Source: SAR202 cluster bacterium Io17-Chloro-G2
GTDB lineage: Bacteria; Chloroflexota; Dehalococcoidia; Lucifugimonadales; UBA3495
NCBI GenBank assembly: GCA_002816875.1
Contig: MUCP01000012.1
Coordinates: 9,864 to 73,863 of the forward strand
DNA length: 64,000 nt
Direction of reading: 5' to 3'
A program made the translations under genes and the position numbers. Under the pieces are notes generated by a model. That model was not told where the DNA came from, made no database searches, and saw nothing but the letters and a program-made list of their open reading frames with translations. Positions 34,998-43,984 of this stretch are shown piece by piece; position 1 is the first letter of the stretch; each line of letters opens with the position of its first letter.

Positions 34998-36467
34998 ATG
35001 CCCCACCCACCACCCATGGCGTTCATGAGCTACGTGCGGTCCGACGACCAGCACGAGAACGGGCGTTTGACCCAGTTGCGGGAGCGCCTAAGCGCCGAAG
35101 TGCGGATGCAGACCGGGGAAGAGTTCCCGATCTTCCAAGACCGCGACGACATCCAGTGGGGCCAGAACTGGCGCCGCCGCATCGAAGAATCCGTCGACGA
35201 AGTCACTTTCTTCATCCCAATCATCACCCCTAGCTTTTTCCGGAGTGACGGCTGTTGCGATGAGCTCCGACAGTTCATCCAACGAGAGCTAGACCTTAAC
35301 CGGGACGACCTCATACTCCCTGTCTACTATGTCGATTGCCCTGTCCTGAATTCTCCCGAAGGGCGAGCAAACAACGATTTAGCCAGCGCGATAGCGAATC
35401 ATCAGTATACCGACTGGCGGGACCTTAGGTTTGAGCCCCTTACATCGCCGGATGTGGGTCGAATGTTTGCCAAGATGGCCGTCCAAATTCGGGACGCCTT
35501 GAACCGGGTACGCGATTCGCAACCGGCTGATATTGCCGCCGGTCCAACAGTTAACCTTAGCCTGCCTGACCCGGTAACCCAACCGGTACCGAACCTAGCA
35601 GAATCCTTAGCACAAATGGCAGAGGCTGCCCAAGGACCGTCTCCGAAGACTGAGACCCCCACCCGAATCGTAGACCCCATGGGCCGAGCCGATCACATCA
35701 CTATATCCGAGGCCATCCACGCGGCTGACCCCGGAGATAGGATTTTGGTCCGCCCTGGCCTCTACCAAGAGGGCCTGATAATCGACAAACCGTTGGAAAT
35801 AATCGGAGACGGCCCCCGTGACGACATTGTGGTGCAGGCGGTTAGAACTAATACACTATCCTTTCAAACGACCACAGGCAGAGTTTCTAACCTTAGTCTG
35901 CGCCAGACTAGCGGCAGTGGGTTTTGCGTGTACATAATTCAGGGATGGCTGTTGCTGGATAACTGCGACATCACAAGTGAGAGTCTGGCCTGTGTGGCTA
36001 TCCTCGGCGGCGCCGACCCCCGGCTTGTCCGTAACCGCATCCACGACGGGAACCGCAACGGAGTCTTTATCTACCAACGCGGCCTAGGGACCTTGGAAAA
36101 TAACGACATCTTTGGCAACGCATTTGCCGGTGTGGCGATTAGCAACTATGGCAATCCTGTTCTACGCCACAACCGTATCCACGACGGGAAAACGACTGGT
36201 ATCTCCGTGTATGACAACGGACTAGGCGCTTTGGAAGACAACGACATCTTCGGCAATATTTGGTCCGGCCTTTTAATCAGAAACGAAGGAAATCCCACCG
36301 TACGAGGGAACCGTATCAACAAGAATGGGTGCCACGGCGTATGTGTCATTGAAAGCGGCGGCGGCACAGTAGTAGACAACGACCTCCGGGACAACGCCCT
36401 TGGCGCATGGAGGATCTCAGAAGACAGTGAGCCCTTAGTCAAACGCGCCCGCAACCTGGAAGAATGA
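34998..36467 (+). CDS. TIR-domain protein fused to right-handed parallel beta-helix (PbH1/CASH-like) repeats
   Basis: 489 aa. Residues ~8-135, AFMSYVRSDD...IFQDRDDIQWGQNW...FFIPIITPSFFRSDGCCDELRQF, fit the bacterial TIR_2 pattern. Residues ~225-489 start with ITISEAIHAADPGDRILVRPGLYQEGLIIDKPLEIIG, followed by repeated GNxxxGVxIxNxGNPVLRxNRIHDG units. Confidence 0.75.
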   Translation: MPHPPPMAFMSYVRSDDQHENGRLTQLRERLSAEVRMQTGEEFPIFQDRDDIQWGQNWRRRIEESVDEVTFFIPIITPSFFRSDGCCDELRQFIQRELDLNRDDLILPVYYVDCPVLNSPEGRANNDLASAIANHQYTDWRDLRFEPLTSPDVGRMFAKMAVQIRDALNRVRDSQPADIAAGPTVNLSLPDPVTQPVPNLAESLAQMAEAAQGPSPKTETPTRIVDPMGRADHITISEAIHAADPGDRILVRPGLYQEGLIIDKPLEIIGDGPRDDIVVQAVRTNTLSFQTTTGRVSNLSLRQTSGSGFCVYIIQGWLLLDNCDITSESLACVAILGGADPRLVRNRIHDGNRNGVFIYQRGLGTLENNDIFGNAFAGVAISNYGNPVLRHNRIHDGKTTGISVYDNGLGALEDNDIFGNIWSGLLIRNEGNPTVRGNRINKNGCHGVCVIESGGGTVVDNDLRDNALGAWRISEDSEPLVKRARNLEE

Positions 36468-36490
36468 GCACCGCCATCTTAAGGAAATAA

Positions 36491-37447
36491 ATGTTCGGCC
36501 TGTTTAAACGCAATCAAGAGGAAAACCAGCGGCAGACCCGGGAAGGGGTCAAGCGCAGCCAGGAACGCTGGTTCGGGCGGATCATGGGGCTTTTGCAATC
36601 TTCCCGGTTGGACGACGCCCTTTGGGATGAGTTGGAAGAGATCCTTATTTCCGCCGACGTGGGAGTATCCACCACCCAGAGCATCATCGAAGACCTGCGC
36701 GGCCAGGTGGACGGCAAGAGATTGGAGGACCCCGGCCAGGTCTTCGATAGCCTGAAGGAATCTTTGACCCGGGACTTGGCGAATCAGGAATCGCCGGACA
36801 TTTGGCTGGACGACGAGGACGCCCCGTCGCCTTACGTGATCCTGGTGGTGGGGGTCAATGGGGTGGGAAAGACCACCAGTATCGCCAAGCTGGCCCACCA
36901 TTTCAAACAGGCGGGCAAGAAGGTCGTGTTGGGGGCGGCGGACACATTTCGGGCTGCCGCCAGCGATCAACTAGAGATCCTGGGCGAGCGGGTAGGCGTA
37001 GATGTAATAAGCCATCAGTCCGGCTCCGACCCCGGCGCGGTGGCCTACGACGCCTATCAGGCCAGTCAAGCCAGGGGGGCCGACGTGCTGATCGTCGACA
37101 CCGCCGGCCGGTTGCACACCAGGTCCAACCTGATGGAAGAGTTGAAAAAGGTGCAGCGGGTCCTGACCAGGTTGGATTCCACCGCGCCTCATCAAGTGAT
37201 CCTCACGTTGGACGCCACCACCGGCCACAACGGCCTGGCCCAGGCCAAATCGTTCAAGGAAGCCGTGGGCTGCACCGGTATCTTCCTGGCCAAGCTGGAC
37301 GGAACGGCCCGCGGCGGCATAGCTCTGGCCATCACCCAGGAGCTGCAGGTGCCAATACTGTTCATCGGCACGGGAGAGGGCTTGGACGACATGGCCCCGT
37401 TCGACACCAAGGATTTCATCGAGTCCTTGCTGGCGCCGGTGGCCTGA
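36491..37447 (+). CDS. ftsY: Signal recognition particle receptor FtsY
   Basis: 318 aa. Contains GVNGVGKTTSIAKLA, DTAGRL and AKLDGTARGG GTPase motifs. Confidence 0.95.
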   Translation: MFGLFKRNQEENQRQTREGVKRSQERWFGRIMGLLQSSRLDDALWDELEEILISADVGVSTTQSIIEDLRGQVDGKRLEDPGQVFDSLKESLTRDLANQESPDIWLDDEDAPSPYVILVVGVNGVGKTTSIAKLAHHFKQAGKKVVLGAADTFRAAASDQLEILGERVGVDVISHQSGSDPGAVAYDAYQASQARGADVLIVDTAGRLHTRSNLMEELKKVQRVLTRLDSTAPHQVILTLDATTGHNGLAQAKSFKEAVGCTGIFLAKLDGTARGGIALAITQELQVPILFIGTGEGLDDMAPFDTKDFIESLLAPVA

Positions 37448-37545
37448 TAGAGCAAGGGCAGCTCAATGTCAACGCGCCGGGGTTGATTACGCCTGGGCCG
37501 TTGGTCCACCGCCGAAAAAGAATCCCGCTCCCGGTTTTATAAAAC

Positions 37546-40002
37546 GTGTTCGACGCTTTAGTTTGGATCTTAGCCGTTGAGCTGCTGGGTCTGCTGGCCT
37601 TTCCGCTGGCCTTCGTTCTTTTTCACCGGTTGCCCGACCGGGGATTCACCGTTGCCAAGCCGCTGGCGTTGATACTGTTCTCCTATGCGCTTTGGATCTT
37701 GGGGTTGACCCACCTCATTGCCAACACACGGTTCACCATCGTCGGAATCCTGGCGGTCTGCGCGGTCATATCCGCCTTGGTATTGAAGAACCAGGCCCAA
37801 AATATCAAGGCGTTCTTCAAAATGGAATGGCGTTTGGTGGCGGCCGGCGAGGCTGTATTTCTGCTGTTCTTCGTGCTGTGGGCTGCCATAGCTTCGGAAT
37901 CCCCGGCCATAACCCACACTGAAAAACCCATGGATTTCGGGTTTCTCAACGCCGTACTCCAGAGCCGCTTCTTCCCCCCAGAAGACCCTTGGCTGGCCGG
38001 CCACTCCATCAGCTATTACTATTTCGGACACTTCACCATGGCATTGGTGGTCAAGCTCACCGGGATTTCATCCGCCGTGGGATATAACCTGGCGGTCTCG
38101 CTGGTCCCGGCCCTGTTGGCCACCGGGGCCATGGGTTTGCTGTATAACCTGATCCGCCTATCCGGGGCGGGCAGGCCTCGGGCGGTGTTTTTCGCCCTGG
38201 CGGCGCCGGCAATGATAATCCTTCTTGGAAATTTGGAAGGCACCCTGGAGTTTGTCCACCTTCGGGGTTGGGGGAGCGCTGGATTCTGGGATTGGGCCGG
38301 CATAAAAGGGCTTACCGGTTTGAATGGCGCCACGGCCTCAGGCCTGTTCCCCAGCGACCCCTGGTGGTGGTGGCGGGCCACCCGGGTCATTGACACAGTG
38401 GCCGGCGGGCATAGCTTGGATTACACCATCACCGAGTTTCCATTCTTCAGCTTCTTGCTGGGCGACCTTCACCCCCACGTCCTGGGCCTGCCCTTCGTGG
38501 TGCTCGGCATTTCCTTATGTTTTAACCTGTTTCTGATCCGCGATGCGCCGGGCTTGAGCTGGCTGAGGAAGCATCCGCTGGAATCCCTGGCGATGGCCTT
38601 CTTCGTAGGGTCCTTGGCCTTCATCAACACATGGGACTTTCCCCTGCTTGCCGGGATCCTAGGGGCCGTGATCCTGGCCAGAAGCTATGCAGCCCAGAAT
38701 GGAGCTCTGGGCAGGGCCGCGTCCCAGGCCGCCATCATGTTTGCTCCTCTCTTGGTCTTGTCGGTGGCGATGTTTCTGCCTTTTTACCTGGGCTTCGGCT
38801 CCCAGGCTTCGGGGATATTGCCTTTGCAAGACCACCCAACCCGGCCCGTCCTGTTTTTTCTGGTGATGGGTCTGTTTTCCTTCGTGGGGATTTCCTTCGT
38901 TTTGGGCCAGTTGGGGAACCTGGGCCTTACCCGTTTGAGCTTTCGCGGCATTCTCCGCGCGCGCCAGGGGGAGGACATACAGGATGAAGGTTCTGAATAT
39001 GACGCGCCGGCGGCCCTGGCGATCGGCCTGTTCACCCTGGCGCCCTTGGCACTATGGATCGCCTTGGTCTGGGTTTGGACGCTGTTCACCGGCGGGCCGG
39101 CGGCGGCAATCGCAGAGGTGGCGGGCCGAACGGTCTGGGTCCTGCCAGGTTTGGCTCTGGTGGCCATGGCCGGATACAGCGCTATACGCCTGTCCCGACT
39201 GGAAAAAGATTTGGCTTCCGCTTTCCCGTTGGTCCTCTTCGCCGCCGCTTTTTTCCTCATCGCCGGCGCCGAGTTATTTTACGTGGCCGACTCCTTCGGC
39301 GGGGGATACCGCCGGATGAACACTGTTTTCAAGGTTTACTATCAGGGTTGGCTGCTGTTGGGGTTGGTGGCTGCCTACGGAATCTATCACTGGTTTTCCA
39401 GCCCGGAAACCAACGGAGATTCACCGGCCAATAGTGTTCGGGTCTGGGCCGGGAAGGCAGGCCGGGGCCTCTGGGCCGGGAGCTTGGTCTTACTGGTCTT
39501 GGCGTCGCTATACTATCCGGCGGGAGCCGCGCTGGACCGAACCGGCTGGCTGGGACGAAACCATACGCTGTCCGCCAACACCCTCGACGGCCTGGATTTT
39601 CTGAAAAGCCAGCAGCCGGGGGAATACGCCGCCATCCAATGGCTGCGGGACGACGCCCCATGGGGCAGGCTGGCCGAGGCGGTGGGCAGCGACTACTCGG
39701 ACTACGGCCGAATATCCTCCAGCACTGGCCTGCCCGCCATTCTGGGCTGGAAGGGCCATGAGCTCCAGTGGCGGGGCTCGTCGCGGCTCTTTGACGGCCG
39801 GGAGACGGATGTCGCGAAGATATACCAGAGCCCAAGTGAAGAAGAGGTCCGGCAGATCCTAGAGAGATATCAGGTGCGCTACGTCTATCTGGGACACAGG
39901 GAGATCTCCAGTTACGGAGGGGAAACATTGGCGGGATTCGCCAACTTGTTAAGAACCGCCTTCACCGCCGATGGCGTAATAATCTACGAGAGGTTACCCT
40001 GA
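37546..40002 (+). CDS. DUF2298/Chlor_Arch_YYY (TIGR03662-type) integral membrane protein
   Basis: 818 aa, highly hydrophobic. Contains TEKPMDFGFLNAVLQSRFFPPEDPWLAGHSISYYYFGH with the family-defining YYYxG motif. Confidence 0.8.
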   Translation: MFDALVWILAVELLGLLAFPLAFVLFHRLPDRGFTVAKPLALILFSYALWILGLTHLIANTRFTIVGILAVCAVISALVLKNQAQNIKAFFKMEWRLVAAGEAVFLLFFVLWAAIASESPAITHTEKPMDFGFLNAVLQSRFFPPEDPWLAGHSISYYYFGHFTMALVVKLTGISSAVGYNLAVSLVPALLATGAMGLLYNLIRLSGAGRPRAVFFALAAPAMIILLGNLEGTLEFVHLRGWGSAGFWDWAGIKGLTGLNGATASGLFPSDPWWWWRATRVIDTVAGGHSLDYTITEFPFFSFLLGDLHPHVLGLPFVVLGISLCFNLFLIRDAPGLSWLRKHPLESLAMAFFVGSLAFINTWDFPLLAGILGAVILARSYAAQNGALGRAASQAAIMFAPLLVLSVAMFLPFYLGFGSQASGILPLQDHPTRPVLFFLVMGLFSFVGISFVLGQLGNLGLTRLSFRGILRARQGEDIQDEGSEYDAPAALAIGLFTLAPLALWIALVWVWTLFTGGPAAAIAEVAGRTVWVLPGLALVAMAGYSAIRLSRLEKDLASAFPLVLFAAAFFLIAGAELFYVADSFGGGYRRMNTVFKVYYQGWLLLGLVAAYGIYHWFSSPETNGDSPANSVRVWAGKAGRGLWAGSLVLLVLASLYYPAGAALDRTGWLGRNHTLSANTLDGLDFLKSQQPGEYAAIQWLRDDAPWGRLAEAVGSDYSDYGRISSSTGLPAILGWKGHELQWRGSSRLFDGRETDVAKIYQSPSEEEVRQILERYQVRYVYLGHREISSYGGETLAGFANLLRTAFTADGVIIYERLP

Positions 40003-40124
40003 CTCTTCCGGGTTTACGAAAGGCCGCGAAACCTCTGATATTAGGACCCTGAGCCATCAGCACTCAAGCCGATACAACCCCTTCGCCCGCTCCCCAAGCA
40101 ACCAACGTCCGGGAAAATAAAACC

Positions 40125-42728
40125 ATGCCGGGTATGTTGCTAAGGTTGGCGGGCCGCCTGCGCCTGGGATGGACCGAGGCGGGGTTTTTGGCATTGGTTT
40201 TGGGCGCTCTGGGGTTGCGGCTTTGGGAACTAGATGGCCGGGCGATGCACTACGACGAGGCCATCCACCTTCAAGCGTCGTGGCGTTTGGCCGAGGGCCA
40301 CGAGTATCTGCATTCGGCCTGGATGCACGGCCCCTTTCAGATAGAATTCACCGCGCTCATCTTTTGGATGTTCGGCGATACCGACTTCACGGCCCGGGTG
40401 GGCTACGCCCTTTTTGGCGCGGCCCTGGTGGGCCTGCCCTACTTTCTTAAGGATCATATGGGACGCACTGGCGCGCTTTTCACCGGAGTTCTGCTGGCGC
40501 TGTCGCCATCCCTGCTCTACTTCAGCCGGTTCGGCCGAAACGACATCATCATGGCATTTTGGGCCGCGTCGCTCTTGGTGCTGATGTGGCGTTACTTCCA
40601 TGATGGCCGGGACGGGGAGGGCCGCACCAGGTATTTATTCATGGCGTCGGCTGTCCTGGCCTTCATGTTCGCCACCAAGGAAACCGCCTACATCGTGACG
40701 CCGATCTTCATGGGTATCGCGTTCTTGCTGGCGTTGCCTGACCTGGCCCCCCTATTCCTCAAGCGGGTCCGGCTGTCACAACTCGCCGGGCCGGCGGGAT
40801 TCTTCCTATTGCTGGTGACCCTGACCCTGCCCCAATGGATGGCCTTTTTTAGCCTGTTCCAGAGTCCAATTGGGCTGGTGCTAGCCAACCGGGAGGGGGC
40901 CGCGGGTGGATTGGTGGGCGCTCCCCAGTGGGCCGGCCCCAACGTCATCATCCCATTTTTCGCCGGGCCCTGGTGGTTCCACGGCGTGGCAGCATTGCTG
41001 GCAGCGCTCGCCCTGGGGTGGCTACCCACAAGGCATGGAGGCCCAGGTATTTGGGTCCGCCGGCTGGCGCCTCGCATCGGCGTTCCCATTGCGGTCACCG
41101 CCGCCACCATACTGGCCGTGCTCAGACCCCTGGGAAGCTGGGCCGGAGCCACGGCGGCCGAGATGGCCTTAGCGGGGGTCCTAGTGGTATTGGCGCTGGC
41201 GGTCTTGGCCGTCTCCAGGCATCCCTGGCGCAAAAGCTGTTTGTTGTTTCTGGCTCCGGCGGTGTTGACGGCGTTGTATCTGGCCGTGTTCACCCACGCG
41301 GTAGATGTGGAGTCTGTGGTCCACTGGATCTTGCCCAACAGCGTGAGGGTCGACGCCGGCCCGGGAGCGATTCCGGTCAACTACCTATTGGCCGGGGGCC
41401 TGCTGCTGGGTGCGCTGGCGTTGTCTGTATATTTGGGCGTGCGTTGGATGGGTGGCCGATGGTTGGGCATGGCGGCCATCTTCTACACCATCTGGATCAC
41501 GCTGTACACCACTTTCTTCACCAACCTGGCGGGGGTCTTCAGCGGCGTTTGGCAGGGCGTGGGATATTGGATCGCCCAACAGGACGTGGCCAGGGGCAAC
41601 CAGCCTTGGTATTACTACTTCGTGGGGCTCTCGGTGTACGAGTTCTTGCCGGTGTTCTTTGGCGTGGCCGGCGCGGTATATTTCATCAAAAAGGGCCATC
41701 TATTAGGGGTGGCGGTCACCGTGTGGGCAGCGATGAGCACGCTGATATACACCATTACCAGCGAGAAGATGCCCTGGCTTTTGGTCAACGTAGCCCTGCC
41801 GTTCATCTTCCTGGCGGGGATGTATCTGGGAGACCTGGCAAATAGGGTGCAATGGCGCCAGGCCGGCGCCCGTGCGACGGGCTCGATTCTGGTGCTTATG
41901 CCCCTGCTTGGGGCGGCGGGCCTGTACCTGGTATATGCCTTATTGGATCAGGATCAAGTATTTGGTCTATCCCAATGGGGATTGTTGGCCAGCGCCGCCT
42001 TGGTCTGTCTAGCTGCCGCATTTTTGGTTCGCATCGCAACTCCGAGACAGGGCATGGCAATGGTGGGTTTAGGAATGGCAGCGCTTTTGCTGGCCTTAGG
42101 TGTTTGGGCGTCCTTGCGCGCGTCATACACCTATGACGACTCCAATGTGGAGATACTGGTCTACGCCCAAGGCGCGGACGACCTGCGTGACACCTTTAAC
42201 CGGTTGAACAGCCGGGTGTTCCACCAAGACACCCAGGGCGCGGCGGATGCCCCAGACGTCAACGTCGTGGTGGACTACGACGTCTGGTACCCCTTCCAAT
42301 GGTATGTGCGCAACGCCCAGGATGATGGGGAGCTGTCATTCGCCTGTTTCAAAGGGGAGTCGGAAGATGGCTGGAACGACAGTTGCAAAAGGGTGTCCGA
42401 TGGGCCCACAGCCTCGGCCCGTGTGTTGACCATGGGTCACGGAGACCGGGACGGGGAATACCTGGCGCAGTTCGAGAAGCGGGGACCCCTGCAAAACCTG
42501 CTGTGGTTCCCCGAGAGCTATAGGAGGCCCGACGAGAACCGCCAGGCCGAAGGTTCATTTTGGGGATTTCGCGGAGTTCCCAGCAAAGAGCAATTCACTA
42601 AAGACCTGGGGTTCTTCCGGTCCTCTGCAATCAGCCGCGATTCCTGGTTCCGAGTTCTAGACTACTGGTTGTTCAGGCAGCTGGAACGGGACTGGTACGA
42701 CGCCAAGTATTACAGTTACCTGCCCTGA
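40125..42728 (+). CDS. TIGR03663-type membrane protein (PMT/GT39-like N-terminus)
   Basis: 867 aa, polytopic. Shows the invariant family features as I recall them: DE dipeptide (MHYDEAIH) and HGP tripeptide (WMHGPFQ) near the N-terminus. Confidence 0.75.
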   Translation: MPGMLLRLAGRLRLGWTEAGFLALVLGALGLRLWELDGRAMHYDEAIHLQASWRLAEGHEYLHSAWMHGPFQIEFTALIFWMFGDTDFTARVGYALFGAALVGLPYFLKDHMGRTGALFTGVLLALSPSLLYFSRFGRNDIIMAFWAASLLVLMWRYFHDGRDGEGRTRYLFMASAVLAFMFATKETAYIVTPIFMGIAFLLALPDLAPLFLKRVRLSQLAGPAGFFLLLVTLTLPQWMAFFSLFQSPIGLVLANREGAAGGLVGAPQWAGPNVIIPFFAGPWWFHGVAALLAALALGWLPTRHGGPGIWVRRLAPRIGVPIAVTAATILAVLRPLGSWAGATAAEMALAGVLVVLALAVLAVSRHPWRKSCLLFLAPAVLTALYLAVFTHAVDVESVVHWILPNSVRVDAGPGAIPVNYLLAGGLLLGALALSVYLGVRWMGGRWLGMAAIFYTIWITLYTTFFTNLAGVFSGVWQGVGYWIAQQDVARGNQPWYYYFVGLSVYEFLPVFFGVAGAVYFIKKGHLLGVAVTVWAAMSTLIYTITSEKMPWLLVNVALPFIFLAGMYLGDLANRVQWRQAGARATGSILVLMPLLGAAGLYLVYALLDQDQVFGLSQWGLLASAALVCLAAAFLVRIATPRQGMAMVGLGMAALLLALGVWASLRASYTYDDSNVEILVYAQGADDLRDTFNRLNSRVFHQDTQGAADAPDVNVVVDYDVWYPFQWYVRNAQDDGELSFACFKGESEDGWNDSCKRVSDGPTASARVLTMGHGDRDGEYLAQFEKRGPLQNLLWFPESYRRPDENRQAEGSFWGFRGVPSKEQFTKDLGFFRSSAISRDSWFRVLDYWLFRQLERDWYDAKYYSYLP

Positions 42729-42883
42729 CCCCGTGGCCATTGCGTGTCACATTGCCCGGAACTTTGGCTTGTTTGGCCCAACCAGCCTCAATTATACTGG
42801 CACCCTCGTGTTGTCCCCGTCACTACGCACCAACGATAGGCAGACCGGCGAGACGAAATTAACCTGGCAAGGGAACAGATCGT

Positions 42884-43984
42884 TTGTTTTTGCGTGATTG
42901 GCGCTTCTGGATCGGCGCTGCGGTCAGTGTCCTGTTCCTGGGCATCCTGGTTTACCAGGTGGATTTCGGCGAAATCAAGCAGTCCCTGCGGCAGGCCAAC
43001 TACCTTTACGTGATTCCGGCCGTGACCGTGTACTTCATAGCCGTCTATTTCCGGGCGGTCCGCTGGCGGTACCTGCTGTCTCCCATCGCGTCCTTTCGAG
43101 TGAGGCGGTTATATCCGGTGGTGGTCATCGGGTACATGGCCAACAACCTTTTACCCGCCCGGCTGGGAGAATTGGTACGATCCTACTATCTCTCCCAAAG
43201 GGAGAATTGCCCCGCCAGCACGGCCCTGGCGACGGTGATGGTGGAACGGGTTTACGACGGCTTGACCCTGCTGTTGTTCGCGGTGGTCGCCGCACCGGTG
43301 TTGTTGATGCTTGGCCGGTTCCAAGGCTACGGGAACCTTTCCGGCGGCGCCGCCTCCGTGTTGGCCGCCGGGGTGGTGGCCATCTTTGTGGCCGCATTAT
43401 TGGTGTTGACGCTCCTGGCCAAAACCTCCGCCGACGGGGCCCTGGCCGGTTGGTTTTTACGTCTGGCGCCCACCGCCGGGGCCAGAGATAAGGTCCGCGA
43501 CCTGGTCCACGCTTTCATCGAGGGCTTGGGAATCCTAAATTCTCCGGGCAAGCATCTGGTCCTGCTGCTGTTTTCCATCCCAATCTGGCTGCTGGAAAGC
43601 TCCATGTACTTGCTAGTCGGGTATTCTTTTGGACTGGACGGTTTATTCCCTTCGATCTGGGTGTTTGTGCTGGCCGCGTTGTTGCTTACCGCGACATCAA
43701 ACCTGGTGACGTCATTGCCCACTGCCATGGGAGGTATCGGTCCCTTCGAATTGGTGGCTCAGCAGACTCTCGTGGCTCTGGGAGCTGGTGCTTCCGTGGC
43801 CGGAGCTTACGCCGGATTCCTGCATATCGTTGCGTTGTGGCTGCCCGTCAACCTGGTGGGGTTGGCGCTTTTATTCGCCCAAAACATATCCCTCAAACAA
43901 CTCACGTCAGCGCCGAAGGTCTCAGGATCTGAAGCCGTCCTTTCAACGTCAACTGAACTCTCCGGGCCCAGCGAGGGCCTATAG
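42884..43984 (+). CDS. UPF0104/lysylphosphatidylglycerol-synthase-TM-region-like (flippase-like) membrane protein
   Basis: 366 aa. Contains YFRAVRWRYLL...GYMANNLLPARLGELVRSYYL, the family-typical loop. Confidence 0.7.
   Translation: MFLRDWRFWIGAAVSVLFLGILVYQVDFGEIKQSLRQANYLYVIPAVTVYFIAVYFRAVRWRYLLSPIASFRVRRLYPVVVIGYMANNLLPARLGELVRSYYLSQRENCPASTALATVMVERVYDGLTLLLFAVVAAPVLLMLGRFQGYGNLSGGAASVLAAGVVAIFVAALLVLTLLAKTSADGALAGWFLRLAPTAGARDKVRDLVHAFIEGLGILNSPGKHLVLLLFSIPIWLLESSMYLLVGYSFGLDGLFPSIWVFVLAALLLTATSNLVTSLPTAMGGIGPFELVAQQTLVALGAGASVAGAYAGFLHIVALWLPVNLVGLALLFAQNISLKQLTSAPKVSGSEAVLSTSTELSGPSEGL

Noticed and set aside
36802-37542. A 246-aa ORF on the plus strand.
   Set aside because: It is an alternative frame inside ftsY. 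Its Arg/Gly/Pro-rich composition shows no motifs, while FtsY GTPase motifs are unambiguous in the other frame.
40928-41845. A 305-aa ORF on the plus strand.
   Set aside because: It is an alternative frame inside the TIGR03663-type membrane protein and is a low-complexity Arg/Gly-rich translation.
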